A stretch of 64,000 bases of DNA, from NCBI GenBank assembly GCA_964057225.1, contig OZ059896.1:6076001-6140000 (forward strand). The letters are read 5' to 3'. The notes beneath the pieces are model-generated. The model was not told the origin of the DNA and searched no databases. It saw nothing but the letters and a program-made list of their open reading frames with translations. Source of the stretch: Auanema rhodensis (lineage: Eukaryota; Animalia; Nematoda). A program made the translations under genes and the position numbers. Shown here in pieces: positions 24,669 through 38,200 of this stretch (position 1 is its first letter; every line of letters begins with the position of its first letter).

Positions 24669-27600
24669 GTATGTAACTCGCTTCACGTGGAAAATAAAGA
24701 GATGCGGTTTTCAAAATTAGATTCCCCATGTCCATATTAGTCTAAAAACAACTTTTATTGATATTGGTGCATGGTAACCATGACTTTGAAATTTACGTGA
24801 ACTTTAATTTATGCTAATTAAATATACACGTGATGTGCACTTGATATGTAACTCGCTTCACGTGAAAGATAAAGAGATGCGGTTTTCAAAATTAGATTCC
24901 CCATGTCCATATTAGTCTAAAAACAAATTTTTATTGATATTGGTGCATGGTTACCATGACTTTGAAATTTACGTGAACTTTAATTTATGCTAATTAAATG
25001 TACACTTGATGTGCACCTGGTATGTAACTCGCTTCACGTGAAAGATAAAAAGATAAGGTTTTCAAAATTAGATTCCCCATGTCCATATTAGTTTTAAAAA
25101 CAAATTTTTATTCATATTGGTGCTTGGTAACCATGACTTTGAAATTTACGTGAACTTTAATTTATGCTAATTAAATATAAACGTGATATGCACTTGGTAT
25201 GTAACTCGCTTCACGTGGAAAATAAAGAGATGCGGTTTTCAAAATTAGATTCCCCATGTCCATATTAGTCTAAAAACAAATTTTTATTGATATTGGTGCA
25301 TGGTAACCATGACTTTGAAATTTACGTGAACTTTAATTTATGCTAATTAAATGTACACGTGATGTGCACTTGGTATGTAACTCGCTTCACGTGAAAGATG
25401 AAGAGATGCGGTTTTCAAAATTAGATTCCCCATGTCCATATTAGTCTAAAAACAAATTTTTTATTGATATTGGTGCATGGTAACCATGACTTTGCAATTT
25501 ACGTGAACTTTAATTTATGCTAATTAAATGTACACTTGATGTGCACTTGATATGTAACTCGCTTCACGTGAAAGATAAAGAGATGCGGTTTTCAAAACTA
25601 GATTCCCCATGTCCATATAAGTCTAAAAACAAATTTTTATTGATATTGGTGCTTGGTAACCATGACTTTGAAATTTACGTGAACTTTAATTTATGCTAAT
25701 TAAATATAAACGTGATGTGCACTTGGTATGTAACTCGCTTCACGCGGAAAATAAAGAGATGCGGTTTTCAAAATTAGATTCCCCATGTCCATATTAGTCT
25801 AAAAACAAATTTTTATTGATATTGGTGCATGGTAACCATGACTTTGAAATTTACGTGAACTTTAATTTATGCTAATTAAATGTACACGTGATGTGCACTT
25901 GGTATGTAACTCGCTTCACGTGAAAGATAAAAAGATGCGGTTTTCAAAATTAGATTCCCCATTTCCATATTAGTCTAAAAACAAATTTTTATTGATATTG
26001 GTTCATGGTAACCATGACTTTGAAATTTACGTGTACTTTAATTTATGCTAATTAAATATAAACGTGATATGCACTTGGTATGTAACTCGCTTCACGTGGA
26101 AAATAAAGAGATGCGGTTTTCAAAATTAGATTCCCCATGTCCATATTAGTCTAAAAACAAATTTTTATTGATATTGGTGCATGGTAACCATGACTTTGAA
26201 ATTTACGTGAACTTTAATTTATGCTAATTAAATGTACACGTGATGTGCACTTGGTATGTAACTCGCTTCACGTGAAAGATGAAGAGATGCGGTTTTCAAA
26301 ATTAGATTCCCCATGTCCATATTAGTCTAAAAACAAATTTTTTATTGATATTGGTGCATGGTAACCATGACTTTGCAATTTACGTGAACTTTAATTTATG
26401 CTAATTAAATGTACACTTGATGTGCACTTGATATGTAACTCGCTTCACGTGAAAGATAAAGAGATGCGGTTTTCAAAATTAGATTCCCCATGTCCATATT
26501 AGTCTAAAAACAAATTTTTATTGATATTGGTGCATGGTAACCATGACTTTGAAATTTACGTGAACTTTAATTTATGCTAATTAAATGTACACTTGATGTG
26601 CACCTGGTATGTAACTCGCTTCACGTGAAAGATAAAAAGATAAGGTTTTCAAAATTAGATTCCCCATGTCCATATTAGTCTAAAAACAAATTTTTATTCA
26701 TATTGGTGCTTGGTAACCATGACTTTGAAATTTACGTGAACTTTAATTTATGCTAATTAAATATAAACGTGATGTGCACTTGGTATGTAACTCGCTTCAC
26801 GTGGAAAATAAAGAGATGCGGTTTTCAAAATTAGATTCCCCATGTCCATATTAGTCTAAAAACAAATTTTTATTGATATTGGTGCATGGTAACCATGACT
26901 TTGAAATTTACGTGAACTTTAATTTATGCTAATTAAATGTACACGTGATGTGCACTTGGTATGTAACTCGCTTCACGTGAAAGATAAAAAGATGCGGTTT
27001 TCAAAATTAGATTCCCCATTTCCATATTAGTCTAAAAACAAATTTTTATTGATATTGGTTCATGGTAACCATGACTTTGAAATTTACGTGTACTTTAATT
27101 TATGCTAATTAAATGTACACGTGATGTGCACTTGGTATGTAACTCGCTTCACGTGAAAGATAAAAAGATGCGGTTTTCAAAATTAGATTCCCCATTTCCA
27201 TATTAGTCTAAAAACAAATTTTTCTTGATATTGGTTCATGGTAACCATGACTTTGAAATTTACGTGTACTTTAATTTATGCTAATTAAATATAAACGTGA
27301 TGTGCACTTGGTATGTAACTCGCTTCACGTGAAAGATAAAGAGATGCGGTTTTCAAAATTAGATTCCCCATGTCCATATTAGTCTAAAAACAAATTTTTA
27401 TTGATATTGGTTCATGGTAACCATGACTTTGAAATTTACGTGTACTTTAATTTATGCTAATTAAATGTACACTTGATGTGCACCTGGTATGTACCTCGCT
27501 TCACGTGAAAGATAAAAAGATAAGGTTTTCAAAATTAGATTCCCCATGTCCATATTAGTCTAAAAACAAATTTTTTATTGATATTGGTGCATGGTAACCA

Positions 27601-29915
27601 TGACTTTGAAATTTACGTGTACTTTAATTTATGCTAATTAAATGTACACGTGATGTGCACTTGGTATGTAACTCGCTTCACGTGGAAAATAAAGAGATGC
27701 GGTTTTCAAAATTAGATTCCCCATGTCCATATTAGTCTAAAAACAAATTTTTATTGATATTGGTTCATGGTAACCATGACTTTGAAATTTACGTGTACTT
27801 TAATTTATGCTAATTAAATGTACACTTGATGTGCACCTGGTATGTAACTCGCTTCACGTGAAAGATAAAAAGATAAGGTTTTCAAAATTAGATTCCCCAT
27901 GTCCATATTAGTCTAAAAACAAATTTTTTATTGATATTGGTGCATGGTAACCATGACTTTGAAATTTACGTGTACTTTAATTTATGCTAATTAAATGTAC
28001 ACGTGATGTGCACTCGGTATGTAACTCGCTTCACGTGAAAGATAAAGAGATGCGGTTTTCAAAATTAGATTCCCCATGTCCATATTAGTCTAAAAACAAA
28101 TTTTTATTGATATTGGTTCATGGTAACCATGACTTTGAAATTTACGTGTACTTTAATTTATGCTAATTAAATGTACACGTGATGTGCACTTGGTATGTAA
28201 CTCGCTTCACGTGAAAGATAAAGAGATGCGGTTTTCAAAATTAGATTCCTCATGTCCATATTAGTCTAAAAACAAATTTTTATTGATATTGGTTCATGGT
28301 AACCATGACTTTGAAATTTACGTGTACTTTAATTTATGCTAATTAAATGTACACGTGATGTGCACTTGGTATGTAACTCGCTTCACGTGAAAGATAAAGA
28401 GATGCGGTTTTCAAAATTAGATTCCCCATTTCCATATTAGTCTAAAAACAAATTTTTATTGATATTGGTGCATGGTAACCATGACTTTGAAATTTACGTG
28501 AACTTTAATTTATGCTAATTAAATATACACGTGATGTGCACTTGATATGTAACTCGCTTCACGTGAAAGATAAAGAGATGCGGTTTTCAAAATTAGATTC
28601 CCCATGTCCATATTAGTCTAAAAACAAATTTTTATTGATATTGGTGCATGGTAACCATGACTTTGAAATTTACGTGAACTTTAATTTATGCTAATTAAAT
28701 GTACACGTGATGTGCACTTGGTATGTAACTCGCTTCACGTGAAAGATGAAGAGATGCGGTTTTCAAAATTAGATTCCCCATGTCCATATTAGTCTAAAAA
28801 CAAATTTTTTATTGATATTGGTGCATGGTAACCATGACTTTGAAATTTACGTGTACTTTAATTTATGCTAATTAAATGTACACGTGATGTGCACTCGGTA
28901 TGTAACTCGCTTCACGTGAAAGATAAAGAGATGCGGTTTTCAAAATTAGATTCCCCATGTCCATATTAGTCTAAAAACAAATTTTTATTGATATTGGTTC
29001 ATGGTAACCATGACTTTGAAATTTACGTGAACTTTAATTTATGCTAATTAAATGTACACGTGATGTGCACTTGGTATGTAACTCGCTTCACGTGAAAGAT
29101 AAAGAGATGCGGTTTTCAAAATTAGATTCCCCATTTCCATATTAGTCTAAAAACAAATTTTTATTGATATTGGTGCATGGTAACCATGACTTTGAAATTT
29201 ACGTGTACTTTAATTTATGCTAATTAAATGTACACGTGATGTGCACTCGGTATGTAACTCGCTTCACGTGAAAGATAAAGAGATGCGGTTTTCAAAATTA
29301 GATTCCCCATGTCCATATTAGTCTAAAAACAAATTTTTATTGATATTGGTTCATGGTAACCATGACTTTGAAATTTACGTGTACTTTAATTTATGCTAAT
29401 TAAATGTACACGTGATGTGCACTCGGTATGTAACTCGCTTCACGTGAAAGATAAAGAGATGCGGTTTTCAAAATTAGATTCCCCATGTCCATATTAGTCT
29501 AAAAACAAATTTTTATTGATATTGGTTCATGGTAACCATGACTTTGAAATTTACGTGTACTTTAATTTATGCTGATTAAATGTACACGTGATGTGCACTT
29601 GGTATGTAACTCGCTTCACGTGAAAGATAAAGAGATGCGGTTTTCAAAATTAGATTCCCCATTTCCATATTAGTCTAAAAACAAATTTTAATTGATATTG
29701 GTGCATGGTAACCATGACTTTGAAATTTACGTGAACTTTAATTTATGCTAATTAAATGTACATGTGATGTGCACCTGGTATGTAACTCGCTTCACGTGAA
29801 AGATAAAGAGATGCGGTATTCAAAATTAGATTCCCCATGTCCATATTAGTCTAAAAACAAATTTTTATTGATATTGGTGCATGGTAACCATGACTTTGAA
29901 ATTTACGTGAACTTT

Positions 29916-31675
29916 AATTTATGCTAATTAAATATACACGTGATGTGCACTTGATATGTAACTCGCTTCACGTGAAAGATAAAGAGATGCGGTTTTCAAA
30001 ATTAGATTCCCCATTTCCATATTAGTCTAAAAACAAATTTTTATTCATATTGGTGCTTGGTAACCATGACTTTGAAATTTACGTGAACTTTAATTTATGC
30101 TAATTAAATGTACACGTGATGTGCACTTTGTATGTAACTCGCTTCACGTGAAAGATAAAGAGATGCGGTTTTCAAAATTAGATTCCCCATGTCCATATTA
30201 GTCTAAAAACAAATTTTTATTGATATTGGTGCATGGTAACCATGACTTTGAAATTTACGTGAACTTTAATTTATGCTAATTAAATGTACATGTGATGTGC
30301 ACCTGGTATGTAACTCGCTTCACGTGAAAGATAAAGAGATGCGGTTTTCAAAATTAGATTCCCCATTTCCATATTAGTCTAAAAACAAATTTTTATTGAT
30401 ATTGGTGCATGGTAACCATGACTTTGAAATTTACGTGTACTTTAATTTATGCTAATTAAATGTACACGTGATGTGCACTCGGTATGTAACTCGCTTCACG
30501 TGAAAGATAAAGAGATGCGGTTTTCAAAATTAGATTCCCCATGTCCATATTAGTCTAAAAACAAATTTTTATTGATATTGGTTCATGGTAACCATGACTT
30601 TGAAATTTACGTGTACTTTAATTTATGCTAATTAAATGTACACGTGATGTGCACTTGGTATGTAACTCGCTTCACGTGAAAGATAAAGAGATGCGGTTTT
30701 CAAAATTAGATTCCCCATGTCCATATTAGTCTAAAAACAAATTTTTATTGATATTGGTGCATGGTAACCATGACTTTGAAATTTACGTGAACTTTAATTT
30801 ATGCTAATCAAATATACACGTGATGTGCACTTGATATGTAACTCGCTTCACGTGAAAGATAAAGAGATGCGGTTTTCAAAATTAGATTCCCCATTTCCAT
30901 ATTAGTCTAAAAACAAATTTTTATTCATATTGGTGCTTGGTAACCATGACTTTGAAATTTACGTGAACTTTAATTTATGCTAATTAAATGTACACGTGAT
31001 GTGCACTTTGTATGTAACTCGCTTCACGTGAAAGATAAAGAGATGCGGTTTTCAAAATTAGATTCCCCATGTCCATATTAGTCTAAAAACAAATTTTTAT
31101 TGATATTGGTGCATGGTAACCATGACTTTGAAATTTACGTGAACTTTAATTTATGCTAATTAAATGTACATGTGATGTGCACCTGGTATGTAACTCGCTT
31201 CACGTGAAAGATAAAGAGATGCGGTTTTCAAAATTAGATTCCCCATTTCCATATTAGTCTAAAAACAAATTTTTATTGATATTGGTGCATGGTAACCATG
31301 ACTTTGAAATTTACGTGTACTTTAATTTATGCTAATTAAATGTACACGTGATGTGCACTCGGTATGTAACTCGCTTCACGTGAAAGATAAAGAGATGCGG
31401 TTTTCAAAATTAGATTCCCCATGTCCATATTAGTCTAAAAACAAATTTTTATTGATATTGGTTCATGGTAACCATGACTTTGAAATTTACGTGTACTTTA
31501 ATTTATGCTAATTAAATGTACACGTGATGTGCACTTGGTATGTAACTCGCTTCACGTGAAAGATAAAGAGATGCGGTTTTCAAAATTAGATTCCCCATGT
31601 CCATATTAGTCTAAAAACAAATTTTTATTGATATTGGTGCATGGTAACCATGACTTTGAAATTTACGTGAACTTT
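29916..31675 (+). repeat. Tandem duplication of a 5-monomer block (880 bp x2)
   Basis: The same ordered series of five monomer types (ATACAC/TTGATA, CTTTGT, CATGT/CCT, CTCGG, consensus) recurs at +880 (e.g. 29931/30811). Confidence 0.85.
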
Positions 31676-34600
31676 AATTTATGCTAATTAAATGTACACG
31701 TGATGTGCACTTGGTATGTAACTCGCTTCACGTGAAAGATAAAGAGATGCGGTTTTCAAAATTAGATTCCCCATGTCCATATTAGTCTAAAAACAAATTT
31801 TCATTCATATTGGTGCTTGGTAACCATGACTTTGAAATTTACGTGAACTTTAATTTATGCTAATTAAATATAAACGTGATGTGCACTTGGTATGTAACTC
31901 GCTTCACGTGGAAAATAAAGAGATGCGGTTTTCAAAATTAGATTCCCCATTTCCATATTAGTCTAAAAACAAATTTTTATTGATATTGGTGCATGGTAAC
32001 CATGACTTTGAAATTTACGTGAACTTTAATTTATGCTAATTAAATGTACACGTGATGTGCACTTTGTATGTAACTCGCTTCACGTGAAAGATAAAGAGAT
32101 GCGGTTTTCAAAATTAGATTCCCCATGTCCATATTAGTCTAAAAACAAATTTTTATTGATATTGGTGCATGGTAACCATGACTTTGAAATTTACGTGAAC
32201 TTTAATTTATGCTAATTAAATGTACACGTGATGTGCCCTTGGTATGTAACTCGCTTTACGTGAAAGATAAAGAGATGCGGTTTTCAAAATTAGATTCTCC
32301 ATGTCCATATTAGTCTAAAAACAAATTTTTATTGATATTGGTGCATGGTAACCATGACTTTGAAATTTACGTGAACTTTAATTTATGCTAATTAAATGTA
32401 CATGTGATGTGCACCTGGTATGTAACTCGCTTCACGTGAAAGATAAAAAGATGCGGTTTTCAAAATTAGATTCCCCATGTCCATATTAGTCTAAAAACAA
32501 ATTTTTATTCATATTGGTGCATGGTAACCATGACTTTGAAATTTACGTGAACTTTAATTTATGCTAATTAAATGTACATGTGATGTGCACCTGGTATGTA
32601 ACTCGCTTCACGTGAAAGATAAAGAGATGCGGTTCTCAAAATTAGATTCCCCATGTCCATATTAGTCTAAAAACGAATTTTTATTGATATTGGTGCATGG
32701 TAACCATGACTTTGAAATTTACGTGAACTTTAATTTATGCTAATTAAATGTACACTTGATGTGCACTTGGTATGTAACTCGCTTCACGTGAAAGATTAAA
32801 AGATGCGGTTTTCAAAATTACATTCCCCATGTCCATATTAGTCTAAAAACAAATTTTTATTGATATTGGTGCATGGTAACCATGACTTTGAAATTTACGT
32901 GAACTTTAATTTATGCTAATTAAATGTACATGTGATGTGCACCTGGTATGTAACTCGCTTCACGTGAAAGATAAAGAGATGCGGTTTTCAAAATTAGATT
33001 CCCCATGTCCATATTAGTCTAAAAACAAATTTTTATTGATATTGGTGCATGGTAACCATGACTTTGAAATTTACGTGAACTTTAATTTATGCTAATTAAA
33101 TATACACGTGATGTGCACTTGATATGTAACTCGCTTCACGTGAAAGATAAAGAGATGCGGTTTTCAAAATTAGATTCCCCATTTCCATATTAGTCTAAAA
33201 ACAAATTTTTATTCATATTGGTGCTTGGTAACCATGACTTTGAAATTTACGTGAACTTTAATTTATGCTAATTAAATGTACACGTGATGTGCACTTTGTA
33301 TGTAACTCGCTTCACGTGAAAGATAAAGAGATGCGGTTTTCAAAATTAGATTCCCCATGTCCATATTAGTCTAAAAACAAATTTTTATTGATATTGGTGC
33401 ATGGTAACCATGACTTTGAAATTTACGTGAACTTTAATTTATGCTAATTAAATGTACATGTGATGTGCACCTGGTATGTAACTCGCTTCACGTGAAAGAT
33501 AAAGAGATGCGGTTTTCAAAATTAGATTCCCCATTTCCATATTAGTCTAAAAACAAATTTTTATTGATATTGGTGCATGGTAACCATGACTTTGAAATTT
33601 ACGTGTACTTTAATTTATGCTAATTAAATGTACACGTGATGTGCACTCGGTATGTAACTCGCTTCACGTGAAAGATAAAGAGATGCGGTTTTCAAAATTA
33701 GATTCCCCATGTCCATATTAGTCTAAAAACAAATTTTTATTGATATTGGTTCATGGTAACCATGACTTTGAAATTTACGTGTACTTTAATTTATGCTAAT
33801 TAAATGTACACGTGATGTGCACTTGGTATGTAACTCGCTTCACGTGAAAGATAAAGAGATGCGGTTTTCAAAATTAGATTCCCCATGTCCATATTAGTCT
33901 AAAAACAAATTTTTATTGATATTGGTGCATGGTAACCATGACTTTGAAATTTACGTGAACTTTAATTTATGCTAATTAAATGTACACGTGATGTGCACTT
34001 GGTATGTAACTCGCTTCACGTGAAAGATAAAGAGATGCGGTTTTCAAAATTAGATTCCCCATGTCCATATTAGTCTAAAAACAAATTTTCATTCATATTG
34101 GTGCTTGGTAACCATGACTTTGAAATTTACGTGAACTTTAATTTATGCTAATTAAATATAAACGTGATGTGCACTTGGTATGTAACTCGCTTCACGTGGA
34201 AAATAAAGAGATGCGGTTTTCAAAATTAGATTCCCCATTTCCATATTAGTCTAAAAACAAATTTTTATTGATATTGGTGCATGGTAACCATGACTTTGAA
34301 ATTTACGTGAACTTTAATTTATGCTAATTAAATGTACACGTGATGTGCACTTTGTATGTAACTCGCTTCACGTGAAAGATAAAGAGATGCGGTTTTCAAA
34401 ATTAGATTCCCCATGTCCATATTAGTCTAAAAACAAATTTTTATTGATATTGGTGCATGGTAACCATGACTTTGAAATTTACGTGAACTTTAATTTATGC
34501 TAATTAAATGTACACGTGATGTGCCCTTGGTATGTAACTCGCTTTACGTGAAAGATAAAGAGATGCGGTTTTCAAAATTAGATTCTCCATGTCCATATTA

Positions 34601-35260
34601 GTCTAAAAACAAATTTTTATTGATATTGGTGCATATTAACCATGACTTTGAAATTTACGTGAACTTTAATTTATGCTAATTAAATGTACATGTGATGTGC
34701 ACCTGGTATGTAACTCGCTTCACGTGAAAGATAAAAAGATGCGGTTTTCAAAATTAGATTCCCCATGTCCATATTAGTCTAAAAACAAATTTTTATTCAT
34801 ATTGGTGCATGGTAACCATGACTTTGAAATTTACGTGAACTTTAATTTATGCTAATTAAATGTACATGTGATGTGCACCTGGTATGTAACTCGCTTCACG
34901 TGAAAGATAAAGAGATGCGGTTCTCAAAATTAGATTCCCCATGTCCATATTAGTCTAAAAACGAATTTTTATTGATATTGGTGCATGGTAACCATGACTT
35001 TGAAATTTACGTGAACTTTAATTTATGCTAATTAAATGTACACTTGATGTGCACTTGGTATGTAACTCGCTTCACGTGAAAGATTAAAAGATGCGGTTTT
35101 CAAAATTACATTCCCCATGTCCATATTAGTCTAAAAACAAATTTTTATTGATATTGGTGCATGGTAACCATGACTTTGAAATTTACGTGAACTTTAATTT
35201 ATGCTAATTAAATGTACATGTGATGTGCACCTGGTATGTAACTCGCTTCACGTGAAAGAT
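30700..35260 (+). repeat. Tandem duplication of a 13-monomer block (2288 bp x2); boundaries approximate
   Basis: TTTCATTC 31802/34090, GGTTCTC 32635/34923 and TTACATT 32821/35109 recur at +2288. Confidence 0.9.
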
Positions 35261-38200
35261 AAAAAGATGCGGTTTTCAAAATTAGATTCCCCATGTCCAT
35301 ATTAGTCTAAAAACAAATTTTTATTGATATTGGTGCATGGTAACCATGACTTTGAAATTTACGTGAACTTTAATTTATGCTAATTAAATGTACATGTGAT
35401 GTGCACCTGGTATGTAACTCGCTTCACGTGAAAGATAAAGAGATGCGGTTTTTGAAATTGGATTCCCCATGTCCATATTAGTCTAAAAACAAATTTTTAT
35501 TGATATTGGTTCATGGTAACCATGACTTTGAAATTTACGTGAACTTTAATTTATGCTAATTAAATGTACATGTGATGTGCACCTGGTATGTAACTCGCTT
35601 CACGTGAAAGATAAAAAGATGCGGTTTTCAAAATTAGATTCCCCATGTCCATATTAGTCTAAAAACAACATTTTATTCATATTGGTGCATGGTAACCATG
35701 ACTTTGAAATTTACGTGAACTTTAATTTATGCTAATTAAATGTACACGTGATGTGCCCTTGGTATGTAACTCGCTTCACGTGAAAGATAAAGAGATGCGG
35801 TATTCAAAATTAGATTCACCATGTCCATATTAGTCTAAAAACAAATTTTTATTGATATTGGTGCATGGTAACCATGACTTTGAAATTTACGTGAACTTTA
35901 ATTTATGCTAATTAAATGTACATGTGATGTGCACCTGGTATGTAACTCGCTTCACGTGAAAGATAAAGAGATGCGGTATTCAAAATTAGATTCCCCATGT
36001 CCATATTAGTCTAAAAACAAATTTTTATTGATATTGGTGCATGGTAACCATGACTTTGAAATTTACGTGAACTTTAATTTATGCTAATTAAATGTACACT
36101 TGATGTGCACTTGATATGTAACTCGCTTCACGTGAAAGATAAAAAGATGCGGTTTTCAAAATTAGATTCCCCATGTCCATATTAGTCTAAAAACAAATTT
36201 TTATTGATATTCGTTCATGGTAACCATGACTTTGAAATTTACGTGAACTTTAATTTATGCTAATTAAATGTACACTTGATGTGCACTTGATATGTAACTC
36301 GCTTCACGTGAAAGATAAAAAGATGCGGTTTTCAAAATTAGATTCCCCATTTCCATATTAGTCTAAAAACAAATTTTTATTGATATTGGTTCATGGTAAC
36401 CATGACTTTGAAATTTACGTGAACTTTAATTTATGCTAATTAAATATACACGTGATGTGCACTTGGTATGTAACTCGCTTCACGTGAAAGATAAAGAGAT
36501 GCGGTATTCAAAATTAGATTCCCCATGTCCATATTAGTCTAAAAACAAATTTTTATTGATATTGGTGCATGGTAACCATGACTTTGAAATTTACGTGAAC
36601 TTTAATTTATGCTAATTAAATGTACACTTGATGTGCACTTGGTATGTAACTCGCTTCACGTGAAAGATTAAAAGATGCGGTTTTCAAAATTACATTCCCC
36701 ATGTCCATATTAGTCTAAAAACAAATTTTTATTGATATTGGTGCATGGTAACCATGACTTTGAAATTTACGTGAACTTTAATTTATGCTAATTAAATGTA
36801 CATGTGATGTGCACCTGGTATGTAACTCGCTTCACGTGAAAGATAAAAAGATGCGGTTTTCAAAATTAGATTCCCCATGTCCATATTAGTCTAAAAACAA
36901 ATTTTTATTCATATTGGTGCATGGTAACCATGACTTTGAAATTTACGTGAACTTTAATTTATGCTAATTAAATGTACACGTGATGTGCCCTTGGTATGTA
37001 ACTCGCTTCACGTGAAAGATAAAGAGATGCGGTATTCAAAATTAGATTCACCATGTCCATATTAGTCTAAAAACAAATTTTTATTGATATTGGTTCATGG
37101 TAACCATGACTTTGAAATTTACGTGAACTTTAATTTATGCTAATTAAATGTACACGTGATGTGCACTTGGTATGTAACTCGCTTCACGTGAAAGATAAAG
37201 AGATGCGGTTTTCAAAATTAGATTCCCCATTTCCATATTAGTCTAAAAACAAATTTTTATTGATATTGGTGCATGGTAACCATGACTTTGAAATTTACGT
37301 GTACTTTAATTTATGCTAATTAAATGTACACGTGATGTGCACTCGGTATGTAACTCGCTTCACGTGAAAGATAAAGAGATGCGGTTTTCAAAATTAGATT
37401 CCCCATGTCCATATTAGTCTAAAAACAAATTTTTATTGATATTGGTGCATGGTAACCATGACTTTGAAATTTACGTGAACTTTAATTTATGCTAATTAAA
37501 TGTACACGTGATGTGCACTTGGTATGTAACTCGCTTCACGTGAAAGATAAAGAGATGCGGTATTCAAAATTAGATTCCCCATGTCCATATTAGTCTAAAA
37601 ACAAATTTTTATTGATATTGGTGCATGGTAACCATGACTTTGAAATTTACGTGAACTTTAATTTATGCTAATTAAATGTACATGTGATGTGCACCTGGTA
37701 TGTAACTCGCTTCACGTGAAAGATAAAGAGATGCGGTATTCAAAATTAGATTCCCCATGTCCATATTAGTCTAAAAACAAATTTTTATTGATATTGGTGC
37801 ATGGTAACCATGACTTTGAAATTTACGTGAACTTTAATTTATGCTAATTAAATGTACACTTGATGTGCACTTGATATGTAACTCGCTTCACGTGAAAGAT
37901 AAAAAGATGCGGTTTTCAAAATTAGATTCCCCATGTCCATATTAGTCTAAAAACAAATTTTTATTGATATTCGTTCATGGTAACCATGACTTTGAAATTT
38001 ACGTGAACTTTAATTTATGCTAATTAAATGTACACTTGATGTGCACTTGATATGTAACTCGCTTCACGTGAAAGATAAAAAGATGCGGTTTTCAAAATTA
38101 GATTCCCCATTTCCATATTAGTCTAAAAACAAATTTTTATTGATATTGGTTCATGGTAACCATGACTTTGAAATTTACGTGAACTTTAATTTATGCTAAT

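Noticed and set aside
25517-25699. Identical 60-aa ORF
   Set aside because: It is a copy of the same monomer produced by the +7396 block duplication, not evidence of coding conservation.
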